A model generated the notes under the pieces. The model was not told the DNA's origin, ran no database searches, and worked only from the letters and a program-made list of their open reading frames with translations. DNA of 64,000 bases from the IMG/VR virus record IMGVR_UViG_2885633469_000002, positions 82,103 to 146,102 of that record; one strand, written 5' to 3'. The position numbers were made by a program, and so were the translations under genes. This DNA comes from a virus. Its lineage: Duplodnaviria > Caudoviricetes. Shown here in pieces: positions 9,886 through 20,171 of the stretch (within the stretch, counting starts at the first letter, position 1; each line of letters opens with the position of its first letter).

Positions 9886-10953
9886 ATGGAAAAAGAGAAA
9901 AATCTAATTATAGGTTGTGGAGGAGCAGGCAATAGACTGGCAAATACTTTAATGAACTTAGATAGGCGTTATACCACTATATTTTTAAATTCTAATATGA
10001 GTGAAATGGAAAATTTAAAACACTTTGATAGCGAAAGACGTTGTTTTTATATTCCTAACGCTGATGGTTGTGGCAAAGACATGGATAAAATGGAAATGTT
10101 TTGTAAAGAAGAAGCTCCAAAATTTATGGTTATGATAAAAAAATTCACAACTCATAAGTATGTTACATTCTTAACTAGTGCAAATGGTGGAACAGGTGCT
10201 GAGGCAACTATTATGTATTCAGAGTTAATAAAAAAAGCTTGTCCAGAAAAATCTATAAATGTAATAGCAACTTATCCTTCTTTAACAGAAACAAGTATTG
10301 ATTTTGATAATGCTACAAGATTTTGGAATGAAATGATAAATCTTAAAAAGAAAGGCTATATTGATTCTATAAGATATATAGATAACAATAAAGGTGATGA
10401 GGAAGAAATAAACATAAGAGCCATGAAGGAATTAAATGAAAGTTATGACATGGCAAATGGTAAACTAGACACTACTGATTCAGCAAAAGTACATTGTACA
10501 AACGGATATAAAGTATATTTAAAATTAGATAAAAATTGTTCTGATTTGGAAGAAGCCATAGATAAAGCTATAAAAGAAAGTGTTTTCTATATGCCTGATA
10601 TCTTTGAATGTGATAAAATGATTGCAGACATCAACACACAAGATTTTGATTCACAATTAATTGAAGAAGAATTTGAATATTATGATTTTGGTAAATTTAA
10701 CGAAAATACAAATGGAGAAACCAAAATACTTTTAGGCGGTTGCGAAATGCCAAGAGAAACTATTGAATTAGTACGTGAAGCATTAAAAGAAACTAAAAAA
10801 AGAAAAAGAAGAAGAAATATCCAAGAGGATTTAATTATAAGAACAGAAAATAACGAAGATAAGAAAGAAAATATAAAAACAAAGACAAAAACTAGATTGT
10901 CAGCAGATGATTTAAATAATATGTTTGCGGATGACAGTTTTTGGGATGATTAA
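9886..10953 (+). CDS. tubZ: TubZ tubulin/FtsZ-like partition GTPase
   Basis: IGCGGAGN, GCGKD and ANGGTGA tubulin signatures; charged C-terminal tail. Confidence 0.9.
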   Translation: MEKEKNLIIGCGGAGNRLANTLMNLDRRYTTIFLNSNMSEMENLKHFDSERRCFYIPNADGCGKDMDKMEMFCKEEAPKFMVMIKKFTTHKYVTFLTSANGGTGAEATIMYSELIKKACPEKSINVIATYPSLTETSIDFDNATRFWNEMINLKKKGYIDSIRYIDNNKGDEEEINIRAMKELNESYDMANGKLDTTDSAKVHCTNGYKVYLKLDKNCSDLEEAIDKAIKESVFYMPDIFECDKMIADINTQDFDSQLIEEEFEYYDFGKFNENTNGETKILLGGCEMPRETIELVREALKETKKRKRRRNIQEDLIIRTENNEDKKENIKTKTKTRLSADDLNNMFADDSFWDD

Positions 10954-11010
10954 TAATACAATTAAATTAATATTTATACATTAAATAGGTTTTTAGTTAG
11001 CTTTAAAGGC

Positions 11011-11039
11011 AAGTAGGTGTTTAATTTCAGCACCTACTT
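11011..11039. terminator. hairpin between convergent genes
   Basis: AAGTAGGTG..CACCTACTT stem. Confidence 0.55.
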
Positions 11040-11067
11040 AACCCTACCTGAAAAAATACCTAGTGAA

Positions 11068-11715
11068 TTATGATACATTATTTACTTTAAACATTACTCT
11101 CTGAATTTCATTACTTTTTAATTTGAAAAGTAAAAACTTAATGTCATTTTCGTTCATCAACTCTAAATTTTTAACACTTCTTGCAACTTCAATACTGTTT
11201 TTATTAAACTTGCCTGTAGAACATATAATACCTTTATCAGCATTAAACATTTGCATTGAACCTAATAATTTAAAACAAATATCTCTACCAATACAACTGT
11301 TTTTATCATAATATTTACATTCTACATAAGTAGTTTCAATTACTCCATTCACTTTTCTTTTTAAAATAATATCTCTGCCATAATCGTGAGTAAATTTAGT
11401 TAGTTTAACATCATAATAACCTTGATATTTAAATACTTCTGCCATCATTACTTCAAACTGTCTAGGTGTTAAATAGTTTAATTTACTTATTAACTCATTT
11501 AAATTATATCCGTTATTATAGCTTATATTGAAGTTTCTAATTAATATGGGTAAATATTTAATTCCTTTATACATTTCCATACAAATATAACGAATCATTT
11601 CAAAAAATCTTATTGTAAATTTAAAAAAGTTTTTTTCAAATTTGCTTAATTTTATAATATTTAATAAATTATAATTGCTTTTATAGAATTTTGTTCTTTT
11701 TTTCATATATACCAC
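11068..11715 (-). CDS. Mrr-family restriction endonuclease domain protein
   Basis: LTPRQFE..DYGRDII..VECKYY..GIICSTGKF. Confidence 0.8.
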   Translation of the reverse strand: MVYMKKRTKFYKSNYNLLNIIKLSKFEKNFFKFTIRFFEMIRYICMEMYKGIKYLPILIRNFNISYNNGYNLNELISKLNYLTPRQFEVMMAEVFKYQGYYDVKLTKFTHDYGRDIILKRKVNGVIETTYVECKYYDKNSCIGRDICFKLLGSMQMFNADKGIICSTGKFNKNSIEVARSVKNLELMNENDIKFLLFKLKSNEIQRVMFKVNNVS

Positions 11716-11775
11716 CTCAGTTATATATATCTATATTATAGACAAGAAATAATATTATATTCTATAAATAGTAGT

Positions 11776-11803
11776 GTCATTTTGGGGTGTTACTGCATAG
11801 TAT
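11776..11803 (+). promoter_or_regulatory. putative sporulation (sigma-E/K-like) promoter
   Basis: GTCAT-N15-CATAGTAT upstream of the FtsK operon; no sigma-A TTGACA nearby. Confidence 0.4.
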
Positions 11804-11841
11804 ATATTAATAGATAAATAAAGAAAGGATGAATATATATT

Positions 11842-12015
11842 TTGTATACTGTAGTAATTATAGGAACAGGCTTCATTGTAGGCATAATTAGATGTTATAT
11901 ATATAAGAAAAATAAAAATTCTAATAAGATTCAATATTATAATTATAGTAAGTATGCAGTTAAATATAAAAGATTAAATAATAATATAAACCAACAATCA
12001 AAAAATATATTTTGA
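11842..12015 (+). CDS. small membrane-anchored protein (57 aa)
   Basis: TTG start after AAAGGATG; VVIIGTGFIVGII hydrophobic segment. Confidence 0.5.
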   Translation: MYTVVIIGTGFIVGIIRCYIYKKNKNSNKIQYYNYSKYAVKYKRLNNNINQQSKNIF

Positions 12016-12028
12016 TTAGATAATGTAG

Positions 12029-13555
12029 GTGAAATTTATGGATTTTATAAATAAAAATATTAATAAACAAAGTAGTAAAATTAAGCAAGAAAAATCAAAA
12101 GAAGATGAAATAAAAATAAATCAATTAATTTATAATTGGAAAAATACTTTTGGAAATTTAGAAAAATGGAATAAAGAATATAATGGATATACACTTTCTA
12201 ATATTAAAGTAGAAACATATGGTTTTAGCTCTAGAGTATATGCTCCTTGGGGAATGAATCTTTTTGCACTTAGCAATTATACAGATATTATTGAAACAGG
12301 GTGTAAATGCGAATTTTTATATGAAATTCCTCAACATAGACAATTTGCTTTAGCTAAATTCATATATCCTGAACAAATAAAAATTAATAGTTGGGATTTT
12401 ACTCCTGTTAAAGTTAAACCATATGAGTTTTGCCCAGGTTATGATATAACAGGGAAACCAATAGTTTTTAATCTAAATAACTCCCCACATATTTTAGTGG
12501 CTGGACAACAAAGAAGAGGGAAAAATGCTTCTGTAGATAACGCAATAGTTTCATGGATATATTCTTGTACTCATAGAGAAATAATGTTTTACATGTTTCA
12601 ATGTGCTAAAAATGACCTTGTAAAATATAAAGAATGTAGTCAAGTTTATTGCTATGCAAGTACTTTAGGTGAAATTTTAATTGCCCTAAAACATTTAGAA
12701 AAGGAATTATTCAGAAGAACAAAGCTATTTGAATCAATGGTAAAAAAAGCTGATGGTAATGACAATATTTTTCATTATAATAAACTACATCCTTATAATA
12801 AATTACCTTATATTATAGTTATTATAGATGAATTTATAGAACTCATGCCTGATAATTCAACTGATGATAAAGATATAAAAATAATTAAAAATGAAATATT
12901 AAAAAGGCTACAAATGATAGGTCAATGGGGAGGTAGTTTAGGTATTAACTATTGCCCATTACATCAAAAACCTTCTGCTAAACTTATGCCACCTTTTATT
13001 AAAAATCAATCTAGTATTAGAATATGCTTTGGATTTGAAGACTTAGTATGTTGTGCAATTGTTTTAGGGGATGAGTTAGCAAAACATGCTTATAAACTTC
13101 CGCCTAGAAAGGCATATTTCTCAAATAATGAACAAAATGGTTACCTATACACTCCTAATTTAAAAGGTCGCATAAGAATGTTTATAAAAGATTCCATTAA
13201 ACCAAATCATAGAAATTTATTCAGTGATTTAGAAAAATTAAAATCTTCTAATAAGAAATTACAGATAAATAAAACTTCATTAAGTAAAAATATTCAAAAT
13301 AAAGAAGATTACTTACATAAAGATAAGGGAGTAGCACCAATTCCTAAAAATATAAATAAAAACTACACTAAAGAACTTAACTTTGATAAAGTAGACCCTT
13401 TCAAAAGTACATTCGATAATAAAAAATTAATTAATAATATTAAAAATAACATTCCTAATTTTGTTCCATATAATGCCAAAACAAATCCCGAAATAATAAT
13501 AGATAAAACTAAATTTGACCCATCCAAAACTAAAAAACCCATTAAAAATAAATAA
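12029..13555 (+). CDS. FtsK/SpoIIIE-like ATPase lacking a gamma domain
   Basis: PHILVAGQQRRGKN (Walker A variant), IIVIIDEF (Walker B), HQKPS..IKNQ..RICF. Confidence 0.8.
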   Translation: MKFMDFINKNINKQSSKIKQEKSKEDEIKINQLIYNWKNTFGNLEKWNKEYNGYTLSNIKVETYGFSSRVYAPWGMNLFALSNYTDIIETGCKCEFLYEIPQHRQFALAKFIYPEQIKINSWDFTPVKVKPYEFCPGYDITGKPIVFNLNNSPHILVAGQQRRGKNASVDNAIVSWIYSCTHREIMFYMFQCAKNDLVKYKECSQVYCYASTLGEILIALKHLEKELFRRTKLFESMVKKADGNDNIFHYNKLHPYNKLPYIIVIIDEFIELMPDNSTDDKDIKIIKNEILKRLQMIGQWGGSLGINYCPLHQKPSAKLMPPFIKNQSSIRICFGFEDLVCCAIVLGDELAKHAYKLPPRKAYFSNNEQNGYLYTPNLKGRIRMFIKDSIKPNHRNLFSDLEKLKSSNKKLQINKTSLSKNIQNKEDYLHKDKGVAPIPKNINKNYTKELNFDKVDPFKSTFDNKKLINNIKNNIPNFVPYNAKTNPEIIIDKTKFDPSKTKKPIKNK

Positions 13556-13592
13556 AAATTTTATAATATTGTTTATAAAAGGAGTGACTCTT

Positions 13593-14228
13593 ATGCCTTT
13601 GAGAATATATTATACAGATGAAGATCATAAAATACTACAATTTGTTGAAGAATATGGTTCTATAACAATTAAACAATGCCAAAATATGTTCTATAATAGA
13701 CAAGATAAAGGATATGAAATGGCTAGAAGACATTTAGCAAAACTAACTAATTATGGAAAACTTAAAATGGCAGTTAGAGATTTTAATTGTGGAGGTAGAA
13801 ATGTTTATTATATAAACAAAAAACTTAATTTTCATAATTTATTAACCTTAGATTATTATTCAAATTTAATAAAACATGGGGCTAAAATTGTATACTTTAA
13901 GCAGGAGCAACCTTGGTTAAATAATAAGTATTTCAGCGATGCTTATTGTTGTTATATTATTGGTAATAAAGTTATATTTGATATTATAGAAGTCGTAAGA
14001 ACTAAAAATATTGAAGTAGATAAATATATACAAATCTTCAATTCAAACGAAGCTCATGATTTAAGTAAATATATATATAATCAGCTTGGAGGAGAAAATT
14101 TAGAATTATTTCCCCATTTAATTGTTATAGACGATGTTAAACATAAAAAAAAATTATACATTAACGATGATATCAAAGTCATACAATTGAATTTTAACTT
14201 AGATAACTTTACAAATATCTTTATATAA
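13593..14228 (+). CDS. replication-relaxation family protein
   Basis: N-terminal wHTH (DHKILQFV..ARRHLAKL) plus SDAY..IIEV nuclease-like motif; ATG 13593 after AAGGAG. Confidence 0.6.
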   Translation: MPLRIYYTDEDHKILQFVEEYGSITIKQCQNMFYNRQDKGYEMARRHLAKLTNYGKLKMAVRDFNCGGRNVYYINKKLNFHNLLTLDYYSNLIKHGAKIVYFKQEQPWLNNKYFSDAYCCYIIGNKVIFDIIEVVRTKNIEVDKYIQIFNSNEAHDLSKYIYNQLGGENLELFPHLIVIDDVKHKKKLYINDDIKVIQLNFNLDNFTNIFI

Positions 14229-14783
14229 TTTGTAATCCATACCACAATGTATTACCCCAACATGTCATTATACAACCTCAAGACCACACTTACCTCATAA
14301 AATAACATTGATATATAATGGTTTTAAATTTCTAAATAGAGGGTTATAAGCGATAGTAAAATAACCCTCTGATAAAATGTAATACAATACATATCACAAA
14401 AGATAGATACATTCTCAAAAGTTTAAACTTTCATAATATTATTAAATACTAATAAAAACTAAAGATATATTTAGTAACTAAAATTATAATAATATATATT
14501 TATTATTGAGTATTTTATCCAATTTATTATAGTAACAAATACTTAAATAGGTAAAGGGCTGGATGCTATCTTCCTGTAAAAGTAAGTTTTATTATAATAA
14601 ATTAATAAAATTTTTAATAATAAATTCTATATTGTTATTTATTTAAAGTTATATATAAATATATTATATAAGTTTTTTTAATTATAATATTTGATATTTA
14701 TTAAGAAAGTTAAAAACAAATGTTAGATACATAAACAAAATTTAAATTGATTAACGAAAGAGTAAAAATTAAAAAATAAACCG

Positions 14784-15083
14784 ATGGAGGAGTTTTTGAT
14801 GAACTTAATTTATATTTTATTAGGTACTTTATTTATAAAAACATTGCACATTAAAAAAATTAAATTTAAATATTATAAAAGAAGTTTTAGTAAATTGTGT
14901 GACTTTTTATTTGAATTTATTTGCAATATTGTGCAATTAATTAACATGATATTGGCTTTTGTATTCTCAATTATTAAAAAGATTAATAAAAATATCTCTC
15001 AATACAAGAGAGTGAAGTATTCTATTAATAACAATAGTAAAGTAATTAATTTTGAGAAGTATAAGTCAAAAAAAGCAAAATAA
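14784..15083 (+). CDS. membrane protein
   Basis: Two hydrophobic segments, basic tail. Confidence 0.6.
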   Translation: MEEFLMNLIYILLGTLFIKTLHIKKIKFKYYKRSFSKLCDFLFEFICNIVQLINMILAFVFSIIKKINKNISQYKRVKYSINNNSKVINFEKYKSKKAK

Positions 15084-15172
15084 TTGTAAAATACATTTTA
15101 TAAAAAGCCATAAGTTAGTAAATTAATTGGATTTATATAATAATTGTTATATTTAATAAAGGAGGTATTTTT

Positions 15173-15364
15173 ATGTCAATGGGGATAATAATTACTATGG
15201 GTTCAATTTCAGTTGGTGGTGTAATAGTACAAAAAATATTATCTCAAATGGGTAAAATTGATGAGGCAAATATGATTGGTATTGTAGTTATTAGTATGTT
15301 AAGCTCCACAGTAATAGGTTGTATTATAAAAGTTTTTGAAGAAGTGGCTACATTAGGTCAATAA
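15173..15364 (+). CDS. SpoIIIAC-like small membrane protein
   Basis: 63 aa, two TM helices joined by QKILSQMGKIDEANM, resembling SpoIIIAC; AAGGAGG RBS. Confidence 0.6.
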   Translation: MSMGIIITMGSISVGGVIVQKILSQMGKIDEANMIGIVVISMLSSTVIGCIIKVFEEVATLGQ

Positions 15365-15394
15365 ATTTAATAATATATTTAGGGAGGAAAATTT

Positions 15395-15625
15395 ATGGAT
15401 TTAATTCTATATGGAATCTTTTTAGCACATTTGTATTCATATAAAGCCTACTATATAAAAATTTTTATATTTTTCTCTATTACTTTTGTTATTAAGAGAA
15501 TAATAAAACAGGGAAACGTTGATTATGCAAATTTAATTGGATTAGGAGGATATAGTTTAACATTATTAGAGTTCATAAAATTAATTAATGCTATGGCAAA
15601 AGCAGGTTTTAGAATGACCAATTAA
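15395..15625 (+). CDS. small membrane protein, SpoIIIAC/AD-like
   Basis: TM-KQGNVDYANLIGLGG-TM pattern; GGGAGG RBS. Confidence 0.5.
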   Translation: MDLILYGIFLAHLYSYKAYYIKIFIFFSITFVIKRIIKQGNVDYANLIGLGGYSLTLLEFIKLINAMAKAGFRMTN

Positions 15626-15733
15626 TTTTAAGTATATTAATTATTTAAGTTTTTATTAGAGATTTATCGGTACAAACTAATGTTCTCAATAAGATTGAGT
15701 TGTTTTAAGTATTTTTTAAGAAAATTTAATTTA

Positions 15734-15921
15734 AAATATAGCAAAATCGAACAAATGTATTAATATTAATGTTTAAACTACTTTTATTGGTAAAAACTAC
15801 TTTATCGATAGAAAGGTTGTAAGTAATATAAACGTTGATATTAAAGGGTTTGTTCGATTTTGTTTTTTGTATTTTGGGTTACTGTCAAAATGTGTACAAA
15901 CCTTGATATTATAAGGTTTTG
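15734..15921. repeat. long imperfect inverted repeat plus palindrome
   Basis: CAAAATCGAACAAA..TTTGTTCGATTTTG arms; AAACCTT-GATATTAT-AAGGTTT. Confidence 0.7.
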
Positions 15922-16613
15922 TCGAGATTGAAAAATTAACTGTGTGGTGTGAATAGAAGTGTTGCGACAATTAATAATGATTATTGATTAATAATAAATG
16001 TAAATATACCCCCGTATATAGGTTTACATAATAATTCAGCTTAATATACATTAAGCTAAACTTATTATCCATTTTTTACTATTTTATATTTATATTATTA
16101 CTTTTTATATATACATATAAAGCTTATATCATATTTAATAATAGGCTCTCTAAAATACTTCGAGATTGTTCTAGATAAAATGTATGAGTATTTATACCTT
16201 TGAAAAAATAAACGCTTAGAAAGGACGTAGGAAGGTTTTAAGCATATAAAATACTTTGCAAGTCTATTTTTAAAAATTGCATACTTAAAATATAAGAAAG
16301 ATAGTTATTATTAAATACTATTTAATTTTATTTTTATAAATTATTTATATATAGTGTTTATATTATTATAAATGTAAAGTAAACTTTACATCGGATTTTA
16401 TTGCAACAAAGTTCTTTTACACGAACACTTCTTATTATCCAAAAATATATTATACTATTTAAATATCTATACTACTTAATATATGTATCTAATAAATAAT
16501 TACTATTAACTCATTATTGCTATTATTACTTTAAAACAATTTAATTAAATAACATTTAAACGTTTTATAAGTGCAAAAAACTTGGGAATAATTATATAAA
16601 ATGGTAGAAAACC

Positions 16614-16642
16614 TTGACAAATATAAAATAATTTGATATAAT
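16614..16642 (+). promoter_or_regulatory. consensus sigma-A promoter with operator-like motif in the spacer
   Basis: TTGACA-17-TATAAT; spacer contains ATAAAATAATTTGA. Confidence 0.8.
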
Positions 16643-16669
16643 AAAAGTGTAGTAAAGGAGGTGCAAAAC

Positions 16670-16825
16670 GTGAATTTAGGTACAATAAAAGACCTTTTAG
16701 ACTTCTTATGTGCTTTATTAAATGTATGGATTCTAATTTCGCAGTTAAAAGACATACATAATAAAAAACATAAGAAAAAGTCTAAAAGGTCTAAAAGAAC
16801 TAAAAATCACAGGAAAGGGCGTTAA
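16670..16825 (+). CDS. 51-aa hydrophobic/basic peptide (type I toxin-like architecture)
   Basis: GTG after AAGGAGGTG; LLDFLCALLNVWILI then K/R-rich tail. Confidence 0.65.
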   Translation: MNLGTIKDLLDFLCALLNVWILISQLKDIHNKKHKKKSKRSKRTKNHRKGR

Positions 16826-16853
16826 GCCTTTTCCCACCTAAATTCATTATATC

Positions 16854-16997
16854 ATGATGGGAATAAAAAACAACAGGAAAATTTTGCTATCAACTTTAAT
16901 TTTATTTTTAATTTATAGTATTTATAGTAAAAATATATTAATAATAGTCTTAACTATAATAAACTTAATATTATTATTCATTAATAAAAAAAGATAA
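16854..16997 (+). CDS. 47-aa two-TM peptide
   Basis: MMGIKNNRKILLSTLILFLIYSIYSKNILIIVLTIINLILLFINKKR; no clear RBS. Confidence 0.4.
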   Translation: MMGIKNNRKILLSTLILFLIYSIYSKNILIIVLTIINLILLFINKKR

Positions 16998-17391
16998 CTT
17001 AATATATATTTTTATAGTAGTTTTTAAGCTACTATATTTTTTTATTTAAATACAAAATAATTCAATAAACTAGTTGACAATATGTTGTTATAAGTGTATA
17101 ATATAATTAAAGGTTAAGAGATATTTTAGGAATAGATTAATATAGAAAATAAATTTATTCATATGATGTCTTAAGATAATGAATCAAAAAAATATAAACT
17201 CATCTAATAAACTCAATTAAATCATTTCAGGTTAACAACTGCAAGTGTAAGAACATAAATCAATTAATAAAAAATAATTTAATAAATTATATGAAAGGAT
17301 TTGCAAGTCAATTTGAGGAAATATTAAAAGCAATAGAAAACGAAAAAGTTATTAATTTAAATAATTATAGATAAAAAGGGAGGGTGTTAAA

Positions 17392-17682
17392 ATGAAAAAA
17401 GTAACTAAAAAAGAAGTAAGAGAGTTTTTAAAAGAATGCAGGGAGGATAATCCTTTTGGTTGGAGGCTCTGGAGATGTGGAGCATTTATATACAATGACA
17501 AAGTTAGTTTATTCGTTGCTTATCATGGGCAAGGATTAAATGAGATAGTATACAACCAAAAATATGATGATATTGTAGAATTTGAGGATTTATGCAACAC
17601 ATATGAATATAATTTAAAAACTGCAACAAATATAGCACACGAACAAATAAAAAATATGATAGAAAATTATTTAGAAAAATAA
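17392..17682 (+). CDS. hypothetical early protein
   Basis: ORF with GGGAGGG RBS. Confidence 0.65.
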   Translation: MKKVTKKEVREFLKECREDNPFGWRLWRCGAFIYNDKVSLFVAYHGQGLNEIVYNQKYDDIVEFEDLCNTYEYNLKTATNIAHEQIKNMIENYLEK

Positions 17683-17758
17683 AAGATATTTTAACAATAA
17701 AATAAGTTAGTATTAATGTGAAAAATAATTTAATAAAAATAAAGGGAGTTGTTTGAAA

Positions 17759-18247
17759 ATGAAATTAAATTCTAAAAAATTCAATTTTAATTTTTTCTTA
17801 GGAGGTGTTAAAAAAGTACAGTCTTTGGAATCTGGGGCTTTAGAAAATGGTGGAGCTACAAAGTTTGAAAGTGGAATATATAGCAATATAGAAAAAGACG
17901 AGTATATAAACATAAACAAAGAAAATAATAAAATAAGTTTGTTTGTGCCAGACACAATAAATGTAAATAATAAAACAGATAATAGTAAATACATAGAATT
18001 TTGTATTAATCAATTGCAAAATTTATATAATGATGTTAATTTAAAATATTATAACACTCAAGGCAGTTGGTATTCAGAAGATCTTAAAAAAGTTGTATAT
18101 GATAATATAACAATTCTAACTTTACAACTTAATACCTTAACAGAAAAGGATATAGAAAATTTTATAGATTTAGCAAATTGGATTAAAACAGAAATGCATC
18201 AAGAAGGTGTAAGCATAAATATAAATGATGCTTTAGCAATAGTATAA
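17759..18247 (+). CDS. hypothetical early protein
   Basis: GGGAGTTGTT RBS; terminator-like hairpin AAAGGGCTTT/AAAGCCCTTT follows. Confidence 0.65.
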   Translation: MKLNSKKFNFNFFLGGVKKVQSLESGALENGGATKFESGIYSNIEKDEYININKENNKISLFVPDTINVNNKTDNSKYIEFCINQLQNLYNDVNLKYYNTQGSWYSEDLKKVVYDNITILTLQLNTLTEKDIENFIDLANWIKTEMHQEGVSININDALAIV

Positions 18248-18335
18248 AAGGGCTTTAAAGCCCTTTATTTTAACTTTAACTTAACTAATGTATATGTTAT
18301 AATAAAAATTATAATAAACTATAAGGAGTTTTAAA

Positions 18336-18530
18336 ATGGATTTAAAGGAGAACAAAAAAAACGGATATGTGATTCATAAAGTAACAGATAATAATTATTG
18401 TTTATGTAAAATTTTGAATGAATATAATACAAAAGAAGAATGCAATAAAGATTTAATAAAACTACTTACAAACAAGAAAAAAGAAAAGGACGTATTAAAA
18501 GATTATAGTAAAAAAGATATATTAAAATAG
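18336..18530 (+). CDS. hypothetical protein
   Basis: AAGGAG RBS. Confidence 0.6.
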   Translation: MDLKENKKNGYVIHKVTDNNYCLCKILNEYNTKEECNKDLIKLLTNKKKEKDVLKDYSKKDILK

Positions 18531-18680
18531 AATTATAAAAATTCGATATAACAGAAAAGTTTTAATAATTCATGTAAAATAATTCTATAAAATCCATTGA
18601 CATTTTATCTGATAAGAGTATAATAATAATTGTAAGATAAATATAAACAATTTAATAGACATAAAAGGAGTTGTGTTAAA

Positions 18681-18926
18681 ATGAATAAAAATTTATTTGA
18701 AGAAATATCTAATTACATTGTAAAAACAGTACAAGAAGAAAGCACACTAGAGGGGTTTCCGTACACTATTAGCTATGCTGTCATTCAAGAAAGATTTGGG
18801 AAGGAAATAGATGAATATATAAATGATAAAATAATAGAAGCAACTTCTAAAAAAGAAGAAGTAGCAGATATATTCACAGATACAGACGGGTTTGACATTA
18901 CATTATACAATGATAATAATAAATAA
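18681..18926 (+). CDS. hypothetical early protein
   Basis: TTGACA/TATAAT promoter, AAGGAGTTG RBS. Confidence 0.65.
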   Translation: MNKNLFEEISNYIVKTVQEESTLEGFPYTISYAVIQERFGKEIDEYINDKIIEATSKKEEVADIFTDTDGFDITLYNDNNK

Positions 18927-19150
18927 CCTTCTGAGATGCTCCAGAATAGATTTAAATTAATTATTAATGTATTTGTATGTATAAAAATATAATAGTCTTA
19001 TATCGTCTTAGAATTAATTATATACAAAATTCATGTAAATATAAAATAGTTTAATAATTTACAAAAACCTATTGCAAAATAATTTGATTATGGTATAATT
19101 ATAAGTGTGATAGGGGATTAATAAATTAAATAGTAAGGAGTTGTTTTAAA

Positions 19151-19420
19151 ATGAAAATATTTGTAAATGAAATTATAGGAAATGTATATAATAAAAGTGA
19201 ATATCTTGAATTATTAAAAAGAGAAAATGAACTATGTGATAATTTAGATACTACAACACCTTTTAAAAATAATGCAGTAAAAGATATTTTAGAAAATAAA
19301 AGTATATCTTATAAAATAATAGATAGTTGGAATTTAAATGTTGAGTTTGATATAATAGAGCTAGATAAAGAAAATTTAATAGAAAGTATAATAAAAATTA
19401 CTAACATAGAATTAGTATAG
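19151..19420 (+). CDS. hypothetical early protein
   Basis: Promoter and AAGGAGTTGTT RBS. Confidence 0.65.
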   Translation: MKIFVNEIIGNVYNKSEYLELLKRENELCDNLDTTTPFKNNAVKDILENKSISYKIIDSWNLNVEFDIIELDKENLIESIIKITNIELV

Positions 19421-19488
19421 TAGATTTAAATCTACTATACTATGCTATAAATTACAACTTTTATATTAATAAAAAGAGGTGGGATTAT

Positions 19489-19839
19489 ATGAAGGAAATT
19501 AAAAAAGCATTTCAAAAAATGTATAAGGAATATAATAAAATTAATAATACAGAGTTAACGGGTAATTTTAGGGAAAAGAACAAAATCGCTTTAATATCTT
19601 TTGGAAAATATAGTATAGAAAACGGGATAATTCAAGATAGACACAATAATAATCATGGTGAAAATGAGCAACTATGGGAAAAACAATTACAAAGAGATAG
19701 AGATACTTTTATGCGTTCTGACCAGTTTAAAGAATTTATAAATTTTTCATGTTCAACTTATACGGAGGAAGATAATATAAATTGGAGTGTTGGATCTGGT
19801 ATTATAGTAATGTCAAAGCAAATTAGATTTAAATTTTAA
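19489..19839 (+). CDS. hypothetical protein
   Basis: ORF with GAGGTG RBS. Confidence 0.6.
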   Translation: MKEIKKAFQKMYKEYNKINNTELTGNFREKNKIALISFGKYSIENGIIQDRHNNNHGENEQLWEKQLQRDRDTFMRSDQFKEFINFSCSTYTEEDNINWSVGSGIIVMSKQIRFKF

Positions 19840-19856
19840 TAAAGAGGTGTTTTAAA

Positions 19857-20171
19857 ATGTTAAATAAATTAGAAGAAATTAAAAATATAGATTTTGGAGA
19901 AATAAAAACTGAAGAAGAATTTAAAAAAGTTCTTGAAATATCAAGTAGTGAATGGGAGAAAATAATCACATTTTCACAATGTAGTTCAGACGAAACAACT
20001 CCCGAAGGTTTAGAGGATATTAGAATAGGAATTAATGTTATAGATGAGGAAGGGTACAGTAATGTATTAAACTTTGATTTAGTATACAATATCAAAAATG
20101 AAAAAACAGAAGAAGATGGATATAGACATTATGATTTAGATAGTTTAAATCATGTTATAGTTTATTTTTAG
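19857..20171 (+). CDS. acidic hypothetical protein
   Basis: GAGGTG RBS; D/E-rich. Confidence 0.6.
   Translation: MLNKLEEIKNIDFGEIKTEEEFKKVLEISSSEWEKIITFSQCSSDETTPEGLEDIRIGINVIDEEGYSNVLNFDLVYNIKNEKTEEDGYRHYDLDSLNHVIVYF

Noticed and set aside
16531-16755. Minus-strand 74-aa ORF
   Set aside because: Overlaps a perfect promoter, RBS and peptide gene on the plus strand.
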